64,000 nt of DNA from Phoronis australis. Its lineage: Eukaryota > Animalia > Phoronida. The stretch lies in NCBI GenBank assembly GCA_002633005.1, contig NMRA01000528.1:61432-125431 (forward strand), in the 5' to 3' direction. The stretch's first letter is position 1. Every line of letters begins with the position of its first letter. The notes below the pieces were generated by a model. That model did not search any database. It was not told the origin of the DNA and saw only the letters and a list, made by a program, of their open reading frames with translations. Shown one piece after another: positions 37,773-49,918 of the stretch. The position numbers and the translations under genes were made by a program.

Positions 37773-37876
37773 TGATTGAGGCCAAACTTCCTCTCGGCTG
37801 TAGCTTGCTCCTCCTCGGAAGTGAAACCCTTCCAACTGAGATACTCTCCCACAGACAGGTCGATGGGAAACTCCAC
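37773..37876 (-). CDS. ATP13A1: P5A-ATPase exon 4
   Basis: cag|VEFPIDLSVGEYLSWKGFTSEEEQATAERKFGLN|gtgagc; phase 0 in, phase 2 out, matching exon 5. Confidence 0.9.
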
Positions 37877-38392
37877 CTGGCGAGCAAAAACAAATTTAGT
37901 TAGCAATGCATGAATTGTGAAGCCACACCATTTTTGGGCATGTCACAAAATAATTTCATGGCTTCATGCATAACTAAATAAAGCAATAATGGCGTGCTCC
38001 CGCATTTAGTACGATATGGTGTAATGCCCCCATTTGGCTATTATAGCTCAGACGTGAATTTTCAACAAATTCTTTTAAATACCAAACCTGTGTACCACCA
38101 AAACTGCATTTGAGTATTCTGGACACCAGGTTTGCAGATTTTTCTGAAAATTTGCCAATTTTCATGCAGAGACAAAACATGAAAATTCAAACATTTCAGC
38201 ATAATAGCGTATTAAAACTGTTTAGTTAGTACCTTTCCCAGTTACTTACTTTTGAAACAGTTTTAATACATGTACTGACATGACCACCAATTCTCAGAAT
38301 TTTCTAAGTTGTCTAGTTTGTGGACTGCGGTTCCAGTAGTGAAAAGCTCAAGTCAGGCAATGGAATGGCTTCTTACTGAACTTAATACTTGA

Positions 38393-39210
38393 CTAGCGGT
38401 TACCCATGCTTTCGCACGGGTAGCAGCTAGTGGGAAGTGCCGAGGGGAATCGTGTGTGGCTGCGGGATTCTTTCCCCAAGCAGTAGAAATTTCTTTCCAG
38501 AACATTTGACCCTGCCATAACACAAAGTACAATAATCATATATTCTTTAAAGTGAAAACTAAGATTTACAAAAGTTGCTTCATAAGTGTACATACTGAGG
38601 TAGAAAGCCAGCTAGCTGTATGAAGACTATCGTCAACATACAGCTAGGTAGCCGTGTGTAGAGCTCGGTCAGACACCAAAATTCCACATAACTTGACTCG
38701 GGTGTTCAGCTTGTCACCTCCTCATACCTTGAAACTTATATATAGAACTAACGACCTGTAGGGATGTATGTAGAATCTGGGAATGAGCCGACACTCACCT
38801 TGCCAGTTACAGCCGTTTACAGAAGTAAAAAATAAAACAATCTAATCAACATCATTTTTCGTTATTTTCCGCCTTTTGCAATAAAGAAAAATCTGTCGTC
38901 GCTTTGACCAAACAGTGCCTACTCGTGACACGCGCACGTACACGCCATTTCCTAAAATTTTGCGATATCTCTTGAGAGTTTGTTCTCAAAATTGTGTTTT
39001 CTGAAATTAAAATATTAAAAACTTTAACGAAATGAAACCACTTCCGATTGTTGTGACATGTATGCAACCTCACAGCTGACTGTAGAACATGGAAATTGGC
39101 CAATAGGTGGTGCCCAAAAGAGCGCATCGCAATTTTAGCAGCAGAATAACTGTTGAACGTCAAATTTCCAACACCGGTAAATAATTAGTTTACTGAAGGA
39201 AGAGTAATTT
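38393..39210. mobile_element. Helitron/Helentron-like repeat; a diverged relative lies at ~53570-54020
   Basis: Starts CTAGCGGTTACCCATGC-TTTC-GCACGGGTA (CTAG plus hairpin); 38851-39200 aligns by eye with 53588-54020. Confidence 0.5.
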
Positions 39211-40427
39211 TTTTTAATGAGGCATCATTCATTTTGGAGGCGACAGGCCCGATGAATTATATACGTGACAGAAGACGGAGGGAGTGAAATTAAGCTGACG
39301 GAGTGACGTCACCCAGACCATTGAGCTGACCGACTCAGTGACGTCACCAAGGCCAGCATGAAACTGGCCACCCTTCCTCCGCATCCGCGAAAAAACGGCC
39401 CGCGAGAAAAAAATAGAACACCTCGAATCCAAATACGGGGCCAGTGCAATACCTGGGACCACGGCAGTGCCAAAACGGGCGCAACGAAGGTCTGTAGTGG
39501 AGCGGGGGAGAAGGAGTTTGTGCAAACGATGCATTTTTTTCATAAATTATTCAAATACATGCCCCAATGGCAGTATATACCATGATGAGGTGCTGACAAA
39601 GAAGAGATATATGCTTCAAAATTTCTGTTCGTTTCTTAAAACTAAAAACTGCAAAACATGGTCATGAAACTGCACTGGACAATATCAAATATCAGAAGAC
39701 ATGTTCTTAACCATTCCACGAAACTTTATAGCTGTTTATTACAAACATCTATAAACACTTGACTGATGCCGACAGCTCGACGTGACGCGAAATCAGTGCG
39801 GCCAGCATGTGGGCAAGAAAACAATGCACTGAACAACGAGCAATTTTGAATTTTACGGTAAGTCCCGACAGCTTTCGATAAGACACTGCCAATCTTTGTA
39901 ATAACGTGGCAAAAAGAGAATCTAATGTTCCCTTCTTTCAGAAGTTGTTTTTTTCACAGCTTGGAGTATGCAGCCTCTGATGATTTTTCACTTTCACAGT
40001 ATGTAATTAGCCAGAAATAGTTGGAATCCAACGAAGCAAGCACTCCACCATCCACAGAACTCGTTGCTTATAGTTAAGGTTGGTGACGATGAATATCAGT
40101 AGAAGAGGTCATGCGATTCGCCGATTATCTTGCTATAATTAGAATGTTTCGAAGCAAGTTTCCAACTTCACACTCAAGTTTTTTTATCAAAACAATAATT
40201 TGAATATTTGTATTCTTAATTTCTAATTTAAAAATCTTCTTCCATTTACACTATTAGCTTATCACTAAATTTGTGGATGAACATCTTCCACCTTTTAGTA
40301 TAATCCCTAGCCATTTTGGCTTCGAAAATGGAAGCGACTGGTCCATCACTGCGTGTCTCGTGCTGCACTCATTCACTCTAATGTTGTTTCGAGCTTTAAC
40401 CCTTATTTTTCGTTCGGCAAAAGCAAT

Positions 40428-41497
40428 CCACCACTGAAATTGTCTGACAGGTCATAGTTGTCACATGTGGAATGATGCGGAATCCATTGCACTTGGTTTC
40501 AACTGGTTTCCTGGCGAGTTGATCTAGCTCAACTCTGAGGTTTGGGTGTGTCTGGCGATGTTAACCCAACACTGATTTGTCTGGCAATGTTCTTTTATGA
40601 TACATGGGTTATGTTGAATATTTTGCAGCCAATTTTATGCGGTTACCTCTTGGGTAGATCTTTTGGGACCCAATATTTTTACCTGGTAGGGGCAACCACC
40701 ACTGAGACTGTCTGGCATATAACTGCTGCGCCAAGTGAAGCGATGCTGGATGTTATACAATTGGTGTCAACTGGTTTCCTGGTGGCACAGCTTGGAATGA
40801 CCAATGACAAAAAACGCAGAAACTTTTTACGGCCCAAATCATGCGCGCTACGCAGCCTTGAAATGGTCGATGTGAACCTTTCCCCGACAAAATTTGGGAG
40901 GACTAAAATAAAAAACCTTACCACCATCAGTAGCATGCATCTGCGTCCTTTTAGCTCGTCGGTCCACTCCCAACCTACACATTTTTGGCTGCAGAGCCGT
41001 AGTATTTGTCGCCGCGGTTTACAATAACACGAGACGCCATTGAAAATCCCACCACGCTATCCCAGATGCCCCGGCAATGTTGACAATTTACGTTCCTCCG
41101 AAACATAAACAGCAACTTCCGCTTTTCGAAGGGAACGTCGTCTGCAACGCCGCGGTAAGAAAGGAATTTGCCGCGGAAATTTTAGATCAAATCCGATATT
41201 TTTTACGCGGAAATATAATAAAATGCGCGGACAGTACATTTGAAAAAAGCAGAAATCCACGTTTCCGCGGAAAATTCCAAGCCCTGTGGTGGGTTGGGAT
41301 AGCTCAACTCGGAGATTTCGGTGAGGGTAGTTCACCACTGAATTTGTCTGGCAGTGTTCATTCATGATATATGGGTCTGTGTTGAATAATTCATAACCAG
41401 TTTCAAGTGGTTACCTCTAGGGTTTATCTAGCTCAACTTTTGGCCTCAGTTAAAATCCTATGGATCATGTCCCCCACCACTGAAATTGTCTGGCAGT
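40428..41497. repeat. Degenerate ~270-bp tandem repeat interrupted by the hAT-like MITE
   Basis: Recurring CCACCACTGARAYTGTCTG, TCAACTGGTTTCCTGG, TAGCTCAACT and GGTTACCTCT blocks in the same order. Confidence 0.65.
40786..41286. mobile_element. hAT-like MITE, 6-bp TSD family, copy 2
   Basis: CACAGCTTGGAATGACC...TTCCAAGCCCTG flanked by TGGTGG on both sides. Confidence 0.85.
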
Positions 41498-41837
41498 GGA
41501 TAATTTGGGTGTGGCATCTACTTTTAACTTGTTAAATGAAAAGTTGATATAGCTCAATTTTTGTGCGCCATTCTCATGGCCTCCCTGACCACACTTACTA
41601 GAGTGAACCTGCCAGATGGCCATTTCCTAGCATTGATATACCCATGGACCACTGTGGTGTCAAAGAAAATGGGTTACCTTTTCATGCCCAAAATACCTCT
41701 GGGATTCTGACACAAAACGTCTGAAGCACCTGTGTTCTCAGTTAAGATGAACAAGTGTTTCACTCAGATGGGCACACTATGAAGGACAGAGTCACCGACT
41801 GAATTAAAGGTGTTGATCGTAAATCACAATTACTCAC

Positions 41838-41921
41838 CGCAGTAAATCTCTTCTTTTCTCCCCCATCATACACATATTTTGTCTTTTGGAAGTTAAACCA
41901 TATGTCCGATGAATCGTCATT
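41838..41921 (-). CDS. ATP13A1: P5A-ATPase exon 3
   Basis: cag|NDDSSDIWFNFQKTKYVYDGGEKKRFTA|gtgagt. Confidence 0.92.
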
Positions 41922-42727
41922 CTGAAAATATTGACATATCATATCTTCTGAAGATAGTCCGATGCTGGTATACTAAGAACTACAAGCATCTATCATAAGG
42001 TCGACAGTCAAAATCTGTCGATACTTCACTAGATAAGAATTTTCAGCTAATTACAATCACATGTCAATTCTCTGGGCAAACTAAATTGACAAAGTACCTT
42101 TTTTCATGTTCAAAGGTTTTCTAACATTGTTGTGAGTAACCAAAAATGTTCAAATTATTATCCAAGGGTACATATGGTATGGATTGAACACCGTATGATA
42201 AAACGTGAAGTCTGCACTACATTGTTTAGGTGCAAGTGAGAAAAATAAATTTCATATTTTGCTTTAATTTAGTGAGATTTCACAACGTGAAATGTTTCTC
42301 TTTTAATATTTCTACTGAATTGATTGAAGATCTTCATGGTTGAGCATTCAACAATTTTTCCAGGCTCACACAAGTCAGATTCAAATGGAATGAGATGTTA
42401 TCGGTAATTATTTGAAGACCTCAGAACACAAATTACAACCATAACGCAAACTTTGCCCAAAGTTTCAAGCAAAGATCGATAGTCGACTTTTGGAACCACA
42501 CAGGATAGAGGAACGATCCAGTGACCAGTGTCCTCACTACTCTCACAGTCGGATCAGCAGAGTCTCGGATCTCCAGCCACAGTATACTGGAATTTACATG
42601 TGCGATTAAGCACTTTTGGAATCACTGTTTACAGACTACGACCAATAGATTGAGGGTCAATACCAGAGCATTTATGAATCAGTCACGGAAATGCTCTCCC
42701 AGGCAGGTATAAGAAAGAAGTACAAAC

Positions 42728-42811
42728 ATGGTTCAAGGGTAACAGCTCCGGAAATCCATTGTTTGCAGTGGGAACCACCTTGACAACCGTCGCAGAGGCT
42801 GTGTCACGGGC
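42728..42811 (-). CDS. ATP13A1: P5A-ATPase exon 2
   Basis: cag|ARDTASATVVKVVPTANNGFPELLPLNH|gtttgt; donor chosen for phase-0 compatibility with exon 3. Confidence 0.88.
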
Positions 42812-44889
42812 CTGAAAAATAGCAAAAAACTCAAATGAAGCATAATTGTAAATACAGTGAACAGTGCGATACAATTCTTGATAATTGTTATCCTGTCATT
42901 GCTAGGTGCCATATTTGGTAAAATCTAGAGCTTCAAGTCTGGATTTGATATTTTTGTTTTTGCCTGGTCCCGAACCTGTACTATAGACAAAGCTGTTCTG
43001 CCTGGGTCAAAACACATAGCACCATTTAAATGGTTAACTGGATGTGCATCGATGTCTCCTGGATAAAGTACATGCCAAAAATAATCGGACAGAATGACTC
43101 AACATTGACACAAGATAGTTAATTGTAAGTGGACTAAATCAGCAGAGTATGGCTTCTTCACATATTTATCACACAACATAACCGACAAGTGGAATACTAT
43201 TGCATCAAATTTCTTCTCAAATATAAGGATTTAAAAAATAAGCCTATCACTGGTACTAACACAATTTTGCAGTTGTGCAGATGCCATGAAGCATTTGGTG
43301 AAGTATCTATTATTTGTAGCAAAATATCCAGCCTTAGAAAAATGGAAAAAATATTTCTTTTCGAAATAAACGGTATTTTATTGTGATTGGTTTTGGCATG
43401 CACTATGTAAAAATTTTGAAATGAACTGTTTAATAAATCTCAGGCAGTCCTTACTGGCAATAAACTCGCCCTCCATCACAAAAATACAACTTTCGATTTA
43501 GACCATTTGCCAAATGTTATGAAAAAATGATGTCAAATGTTTCTTAGTCAATGTGGAAGATTTCAAGACTTCAGTCGAAAGAACAGTTAATAGTCCTCTT
43601 GGAAAGCAGTGCTATCACTGAAGAGGCCACCCTCATTTTAAATATCACAATAATAATAATAATAACAATCTGTCCGCAATTTGTGAACTAGTTTTCAGTG
43701 CGTCAAACTGGTTTTCAAAATGTAAGCACATTATATATGATTATCATCGAAAGAATTGACAATCATCTATTCTTCAGACCACTAATAAAACTTCAGTGTT
43801 TTTTATTTTAGAAAATAAACATATATTAAGTACAAAAACAACACTTCAAACTTAGAATTCTCGGTGTTACGAGAATTGATAATAACAATTCTTCAGTTTA
43901 AAAAACAGTATTTTCCTTGAGATTCAAAAGATGTGTCGTAGTTTAGAATCTAGCAGTTAAATGTAGATCAGAGAATTCTAAACTGAAGACTTGTATAAAA
44001 TGGCAAATTCACTGATGTGCGAATTTAAGACCAAATACAAGGTATGGCAAAATAGCAACAATTTCAGTCAAAAATAATTGCTAAAATTGACCGTTCTTCC
44101 TTTTCAAAGGCTTTTAACAGGCTGGTGAGCCCCCACAACTGCTCAAAACACGGTCTGGTGTTAGCTATGGTAAAAAACTTGGAGAAAATATAGCGTTTAT
44201 TTGGTGTCACTTACCGTTAACAAAAAATAAAAAATAAAACTTCACTTCTTCGTCACATTGTGTTATAATTTAGTTAGATTTTACGTAATCACTCGATATT
44301 GCCAATATCCCATTTCAGAATTAAAGATAGCAAACATCACAATCGATGTTTGTGTTTAAAATTAAGGAGCATCTGTCCCACGTCGAATAATTCTTACAAG
44401 GTTGTGATCAACAAATCCAATTATTCACAAAGCTGACTTAGCTTTGTGCGTTTCTTCAAAAAGACTTTGTTGCACTGAACACTAATTGAGTGTCTTTGGG
44501 AACTGGGGAGTTCACTCACCACCACAAGATATCTTACATGAATGCTGAAGTCAGTCATATGGCAACAAAAATCTCCTGAGGAAGGAGTTTCGTAATAATT
44601 TGAGCTCATGATTCATAGAATATAAAGTAGCAGAAATAAATGGCAACCTTAGTCCCAATTAAAATCCGATGGAAAGTGGCTAATCACAATGCATTTAATA
44701 AGACGTCTGTCATAGACTAAACCTATCATGATAGAAATTATTTAATTCGGGTCGAAAATAATCGCTAAAATTCACACATTTCTATTTTTCCAAAAGCTTA
44801 CCACATTGTTCAAAATTCTCAAACATTAAAAATGTTGTTCAGTAATAGCTACGTCATACAAACCATGACAAACACGAGGTAAATTTGAG

Positions 44890-45010
44890 AGGAGGCAGTG
44901 TGGCCTACTGGAATAAGTTTTCATGGGTTCGACTTCCACTGGGCCACACTGCTAGACCCTTGAGTCAGGTTTCTAGCTCCTCAGCTCGGAGAGCAGAACA
45001 ATGGCTCCAG
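44890..45010 (+). mobile_element. Degenerate tRNA-derived SINE head
   Basis: A-box-like TGGCCTACTGG, B-box-like GGTTCGACTTCC, followed by a CCCTTGAG..AGG core-like segment. Confidence 0.5.
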
Positions 45011-45837
45011 GAGATTTATGCAATGGTACAACATTTACCAGACTGCCTGCAATTATCATTTACCAAGTAAATTTTCCTGAAATTTGACAAAATGAAATTT
45101 TGACCATGTGTCATGTGTCTCAAACTGTTTACCCAACTGTTTGTTACCCGCTCAGCATTGCCTTATGGACTCCATCATATACATGCAGAAGAATAGTTTC
45201 CAAAGTAACCTCACCAATGTACATGTGCTAAAAATGTCATATTGACGTCTTCTCAAGTGAGATCAATAATCTGAGAGTTCAACATTACTACAGGGTAAAA
45301 AAGCAAAGTCTGGTAAATGGAGCACTGAACAAACACCTGCCAACGTTCGTAAATAATACTAATAATAATGTTAAGGACAACGACTTATTGGGTCATTCTC
45401 ACCTACTGAGCAGTTAATGCAGTACTGGGCACAAGAAATTACATTTCATGTTACCGGTAGTTGATGTTTTCTTCCACCAGGACCCTTCCTTAATATGTGT
45501 TTTCATACTTTATCTTGTCCAGTGTTAAGTAAATTCACCTACTTCACACTTTGATTCATGACAACAGTAATTTTTTTCACAATAACTACAGTTACCATAA
45601 ACCTACTATGGATAATGAATGTAAAAATCACAAATTAATATTGTTGTAAACTGATTATGGTAGTAATTGTTCTTAGTACAACATGGGGTTCATCATGTGA
45701 AATGTCCAATTAAACTGTTGTGCATCCACTGTGAGTGAATACTATCAACCACTTTACACACAAAAAGGAGGATCTATCTAGTGTTACAAAATTCACCCCG
45801 GTATAACCTATAACTTTCTCAAATCATACTTCATAAA

Positions 45838-48800
45838 GCATTGGTCTCTGACAGGCAGGACTATACAATAGAATGTTTCAGAGAAAAAAATTTAGGTCTT
45901 CCATGTTTTGAGACATATTAGTGACTAAAGGATCATTTATAGCACTGTCAACTGGTCGATGTATTGGGAAGTTGCAGTCAGAATGAACGGTTAACAGTGC
46001 CGGTTAGCTTCGCAATAAACAGGTGGATTTAACAATGGAGCATCGACGCTGTGATACAGTATGAACAGTCAACTTCCATCTCATCAAAGTTACTGCCAGG
46101 GGCCACTGTTATCGTTAACAATTAAAGGGCATTGTCGTTACTAAAGTTCGCATATACTTTGCTGAACTAATCATAAGTCGAATTAGAAATAAGACTTACT
46201 GCTAAATTTGTGGATCAATCAAACGACTTTGAGTGCCATGAAATAGAGTGCCATCTGTTGGCAAATTCATTTTTTGTCGATTCTTCAAGCCTCTGTTTTT
46301 TTTCTCGAGATTACACACACTTTACAACAAATAGCCAGAAGTGTAGTTTTGAGTATTTCATTACTAGCAATCAAAATTCTTAACTAAATGCTTCAACAAA
46401 GTTAATACTTGCTTTTAATTCACCATTTGAACCAAAAATCAAGCCATATCTCCTGGCACAAGCATTGTAAAGATAGTTAGGTGCTGATTTGTGCGAAGGA
46501 CTTTTGGTACAAAAAGTTTGATAACAGGACTTTTTATTCGAGTTGGGATTGGGAAGAGTTAAAATCATTGACAACAGCCTCCAAAGGTATACCTCCATGC
46601 GCAAAAGGTACATTGCAACATGACTTTGATGTTTTAGTCAGTGTGAGGCATAATTCGCCGAAAAGTGTCTGGCATATGATGGGCCTATGAGATAATTACC
46701 ATCTCTACTAAGGCCTGTCTAGTGCCTTATAAGAGATTTAATTTGGGAATGGGGTATATCTCTTCCTTTTAAGCAGGCAATACGTAGCCTCCTGGCTGGC
46801 TATATAGAGGGGATACAGCCCTTCCCATCAGTTTCTGTACCACTCCCATCCCGTGTATCTTAATGGGTGGTACCTGAAATACGATCACTGAAAAGTGGTT
46901 TTCACCTTGTCAAAAATACATTTTACACTTAAAATAGTCTCTTAAGAAGCACTTACTTTCTTCAACAACCCTTTCAGGTTTTATCTATGAAGTTTGTCTA
47001 CGAGAATTAAGATGGCTTTGGTGAAGAATTCCTACGGAACTTTTTGGTCGCTGTTAACTTTTTTTACCGAACGTGATAACCAAGAGAATTTCAGTTGATG
47101 TCAAGCGAGTTAGACAATAACAACTAGCATGAGACAGAGTGAAGCGCATGATCAGGCACGTAACACTTGCAAAAAGTAGCATGGGAAGGTATCCAATAGA
47201 ATTTGTGAGATTCGTGTCCCTTGCCTTGGACATTTTGTTTGTCAACGAGCTTGATTTCGCATAACTAATGCAAAATGGCACCAGGTGAGGAGGAGAGGGA
47301 AGAACAGTGAACCGCGACAGATTTTCATGGACATGATCAAATCATGCTAACTAAAATTGTCTCCAGAGTCATGGACTGTGTTCACTACAATTTAATATGT
47401 ATGTTACTATCAGTGTTTTGAGAACAGCAGCTTTCTAAGGCACTAGTCAGATACAATGGTCCATGATTTAGAGAACCAGGCACTCACAGAGTAACTGCCG
47501 TTATTTAGTGGATGAAACTGGTTCTCTAAATCAGGGTTCATTATATCGGACTAGTGCCCCTTCTAAGGAGTAAGGTAAGGGAGTTATCGGCCTACAATCA
47601 AGTGACCTAATTATCGGACGTTTTGGCACATTTTGAAAATACTACGGATTGTTGTAAATTCTTTGCTGAAATAAAGGCTTACCTTTATAGAATTGTTCTG
47701 TTACTATATCTTGTCACCGAAGGCCACATTTATGTTCTGACTGATCTTTAAAAAACACAACTAGCAAACCTTCGGAGAACCTAAATATCGTATACCATGT
47801 TTCCCCATACGCCACACCACGGAAAACTGACTAACCACGTAATGGCCACAGGCACCTTGTAGCCAAATTTCAGCTGGAGTGTTTTNGCATTGGTCTCTGA
47901 CAGGCAGGACTATACACTAGAATGTTTCAGAGAAAAAAATTTAGGTTTTCCATGTTTTGAGACATATTAGTGACTAAAGGATCGTTTATACCACTGTCAA
48001 CTGGTCGATGTATTGGGAAGTTGCAGTCAGAATGAATGGTTAACAGCGCCGGTTAGCTTTGCAATAAACAGGTGGATTTAACAATAGAGCATCGACGCTT
48101 TGATGCAGTATGAACAGTCAACTAACTCAACTTCCATCTCATCAAAGTTACTGCCAGGGGCCACTGTTATCGTTAACAATTAAAGGGCATTGTCGTTACT
48201 AAAGTTCGCATATACTTTGCTGAACTAATCATAAGTCAAATTAGAAATAAGACTTACTGCTAAATTTGTGGATCAATCAAACGACTTTGAGTGCCATGAA
48301 ATAGTGTGCCATCTGTTGGCAAATTCCTTTTTTGTCGATTCTTCAAGCCTCTGTTTTTTTTCTCGAGATTACACACACTTTACAACAAATAGCCAGAAGT
48401 GTAGTTCTGAGTATTTCATTACTAGCAATCAAAATTCTTAACTAAATGCTTCAACAATTGAAAGTTAATACTTGCTTTTAATTCACCACTTGAACCAAAA
48501 ACAAGCCATATCTCCTGGCACAAGCATTGTAAAGATAGTTAGTTGCTGATTTGTGCGAAGGACTTTTGGTAAAAAAAGTTTGATCACAGGACTATTTATT
48601 CGAGTTGGGATTGGGAAGAGTTAAAATCATTGACAACAGCCTCCAAAGGTGTACCTCCATGCGCAAAAGGTACATTGCAACATGACTTTGATGGTTTAAT
48701 CAGTGTGAGGCATAATTCGCCAAAAAGTGTCTCGCATATGATGGGCCTATGAGATAATTACCATCTCTACTAAGGCCTGTCTAGTGCCTTCTAAGAGATT

Positions 48801-49918
48801 TAATTTGGGAATGGGGTATATCTCTTCCTTTTAAGCAGGCAACACGTAGCCTCTTGGCTGGCTACATAGAGGGGATACAGCCCTTCCCATCAGTTTCTGT
48901 ACCACTCCCATCCCGTGTACCTTAAAGTGGTTTTCACCTTGTCAAAAATACAATTTACACTTAAAATTGTCTCTTAAGAAGCGCTTACTTTCTTCAACAA
49001 CCCTTTCAGGTTTTATCGATGAAGTTTGTTTACGTGAATTAAGATGGTTTTGGTGAAGAATTCCTACGGAACTTTTTGGTCGCTGTTAACTTTTTTTTAC
49101 CGTACGTGATAACCAAGAGAATTTCAGTTGATGTCAAGCGAGTTAGACAATAACAACTAGCATGAGACTGAGTGAAGCGCATGATCAGGCACGTAACACT
49201 TGCAAAAAGTAGCATGGGAAGGTATCCAATAGAATTTGTGAGATTCGTGTCCCTTGCCTTGGACATTTTGTTTGTCAACGAGCTTGATTTCGCATAACTA
49301 ATGCAAAATGGCACCAGGTGAGGAGGAGAGGGAAGAACAGTGAACCGTGACAGATTTTCATGGACATGATCAAATCATGCTAACTAAAATTGTCTCCAGA
49401 GTCATGGACTGTGTTCACTACAATTTAATATGTATGTTACTATCAGTGTTTTGAGAACAGCAGCTTTCTAAGGTACCAGTCAGATACAATGGTCCATGAT
49501 TTAGAGAACCAGGCACTCACAGAGTAACTGCCGTTATTTAGTGGATGAAACTGGTTCTCTAAATCAGGGTTCATTATATCGGACTAGTGCCCCTTCTAAG
49601 GAGTAAGGTAAGGGAGTTATCGGCCTACAATCAAGTGACCTAATTATCGGACGTTTTGGCACATTTTGAAAATACTACGGATTGTTGTAAATTCTTTGCT
49701 GAAATAAAGGCTTACCTTTATAGAATTGTTCTGTTACTATATCTTGTCACCGAAGGCCACATTTATGTTCTGACTGATCTTTAAAAAACACAACTAGCAA
49801 ACCTTCGGAGAACCTAAATATCGTATACCATGTTTCCCCATACGCCACACCACGGAAAACTGACTAACCACGTAATGGCCACAGGCACCTTGTAGCCAAA
49901 TTTCAGCTGGAGTGTTTT
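45838..49918. repeat. ~2.04-kb near-identical tandem duplication joined at a single N (probable haplotype overlap)
   Basis: 45838-47885 matches 47887-49918 with scattered substitutions and small indels. Confidence 0.9.
47439..47558. mobile_element. ~120-bp hairpin MITE (also present in the duplicated block)
   Basis: GGCACTAGTCAGATACAATGGTCCATGATTTAGAGAACCAG mirrored by CTGGTTCTCTAAATCAGGGTTCATTATATCGGACTAGTGCC. Confidence 0.7.

Noticed and set aside
39790-40310. Possible decayed recombinase or transposase coding sequence on the minus strand
   Set aside because: Too many stops and no motif I could identify with confidence
44890-44960. tRNA gene
   Set aside because: Only box A- and box B-like motifs remain, with no cloverleaf; reported as a SINE remnant instead
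45838-49918. 2-kb tandem duplication as a real segmental duplication
   Set aside because: The junction is exactly a single N and the divergence looks allelic, so it is most likely two haplotypes or overlapping contig ends; read depth or long reads would be needed to rescue it
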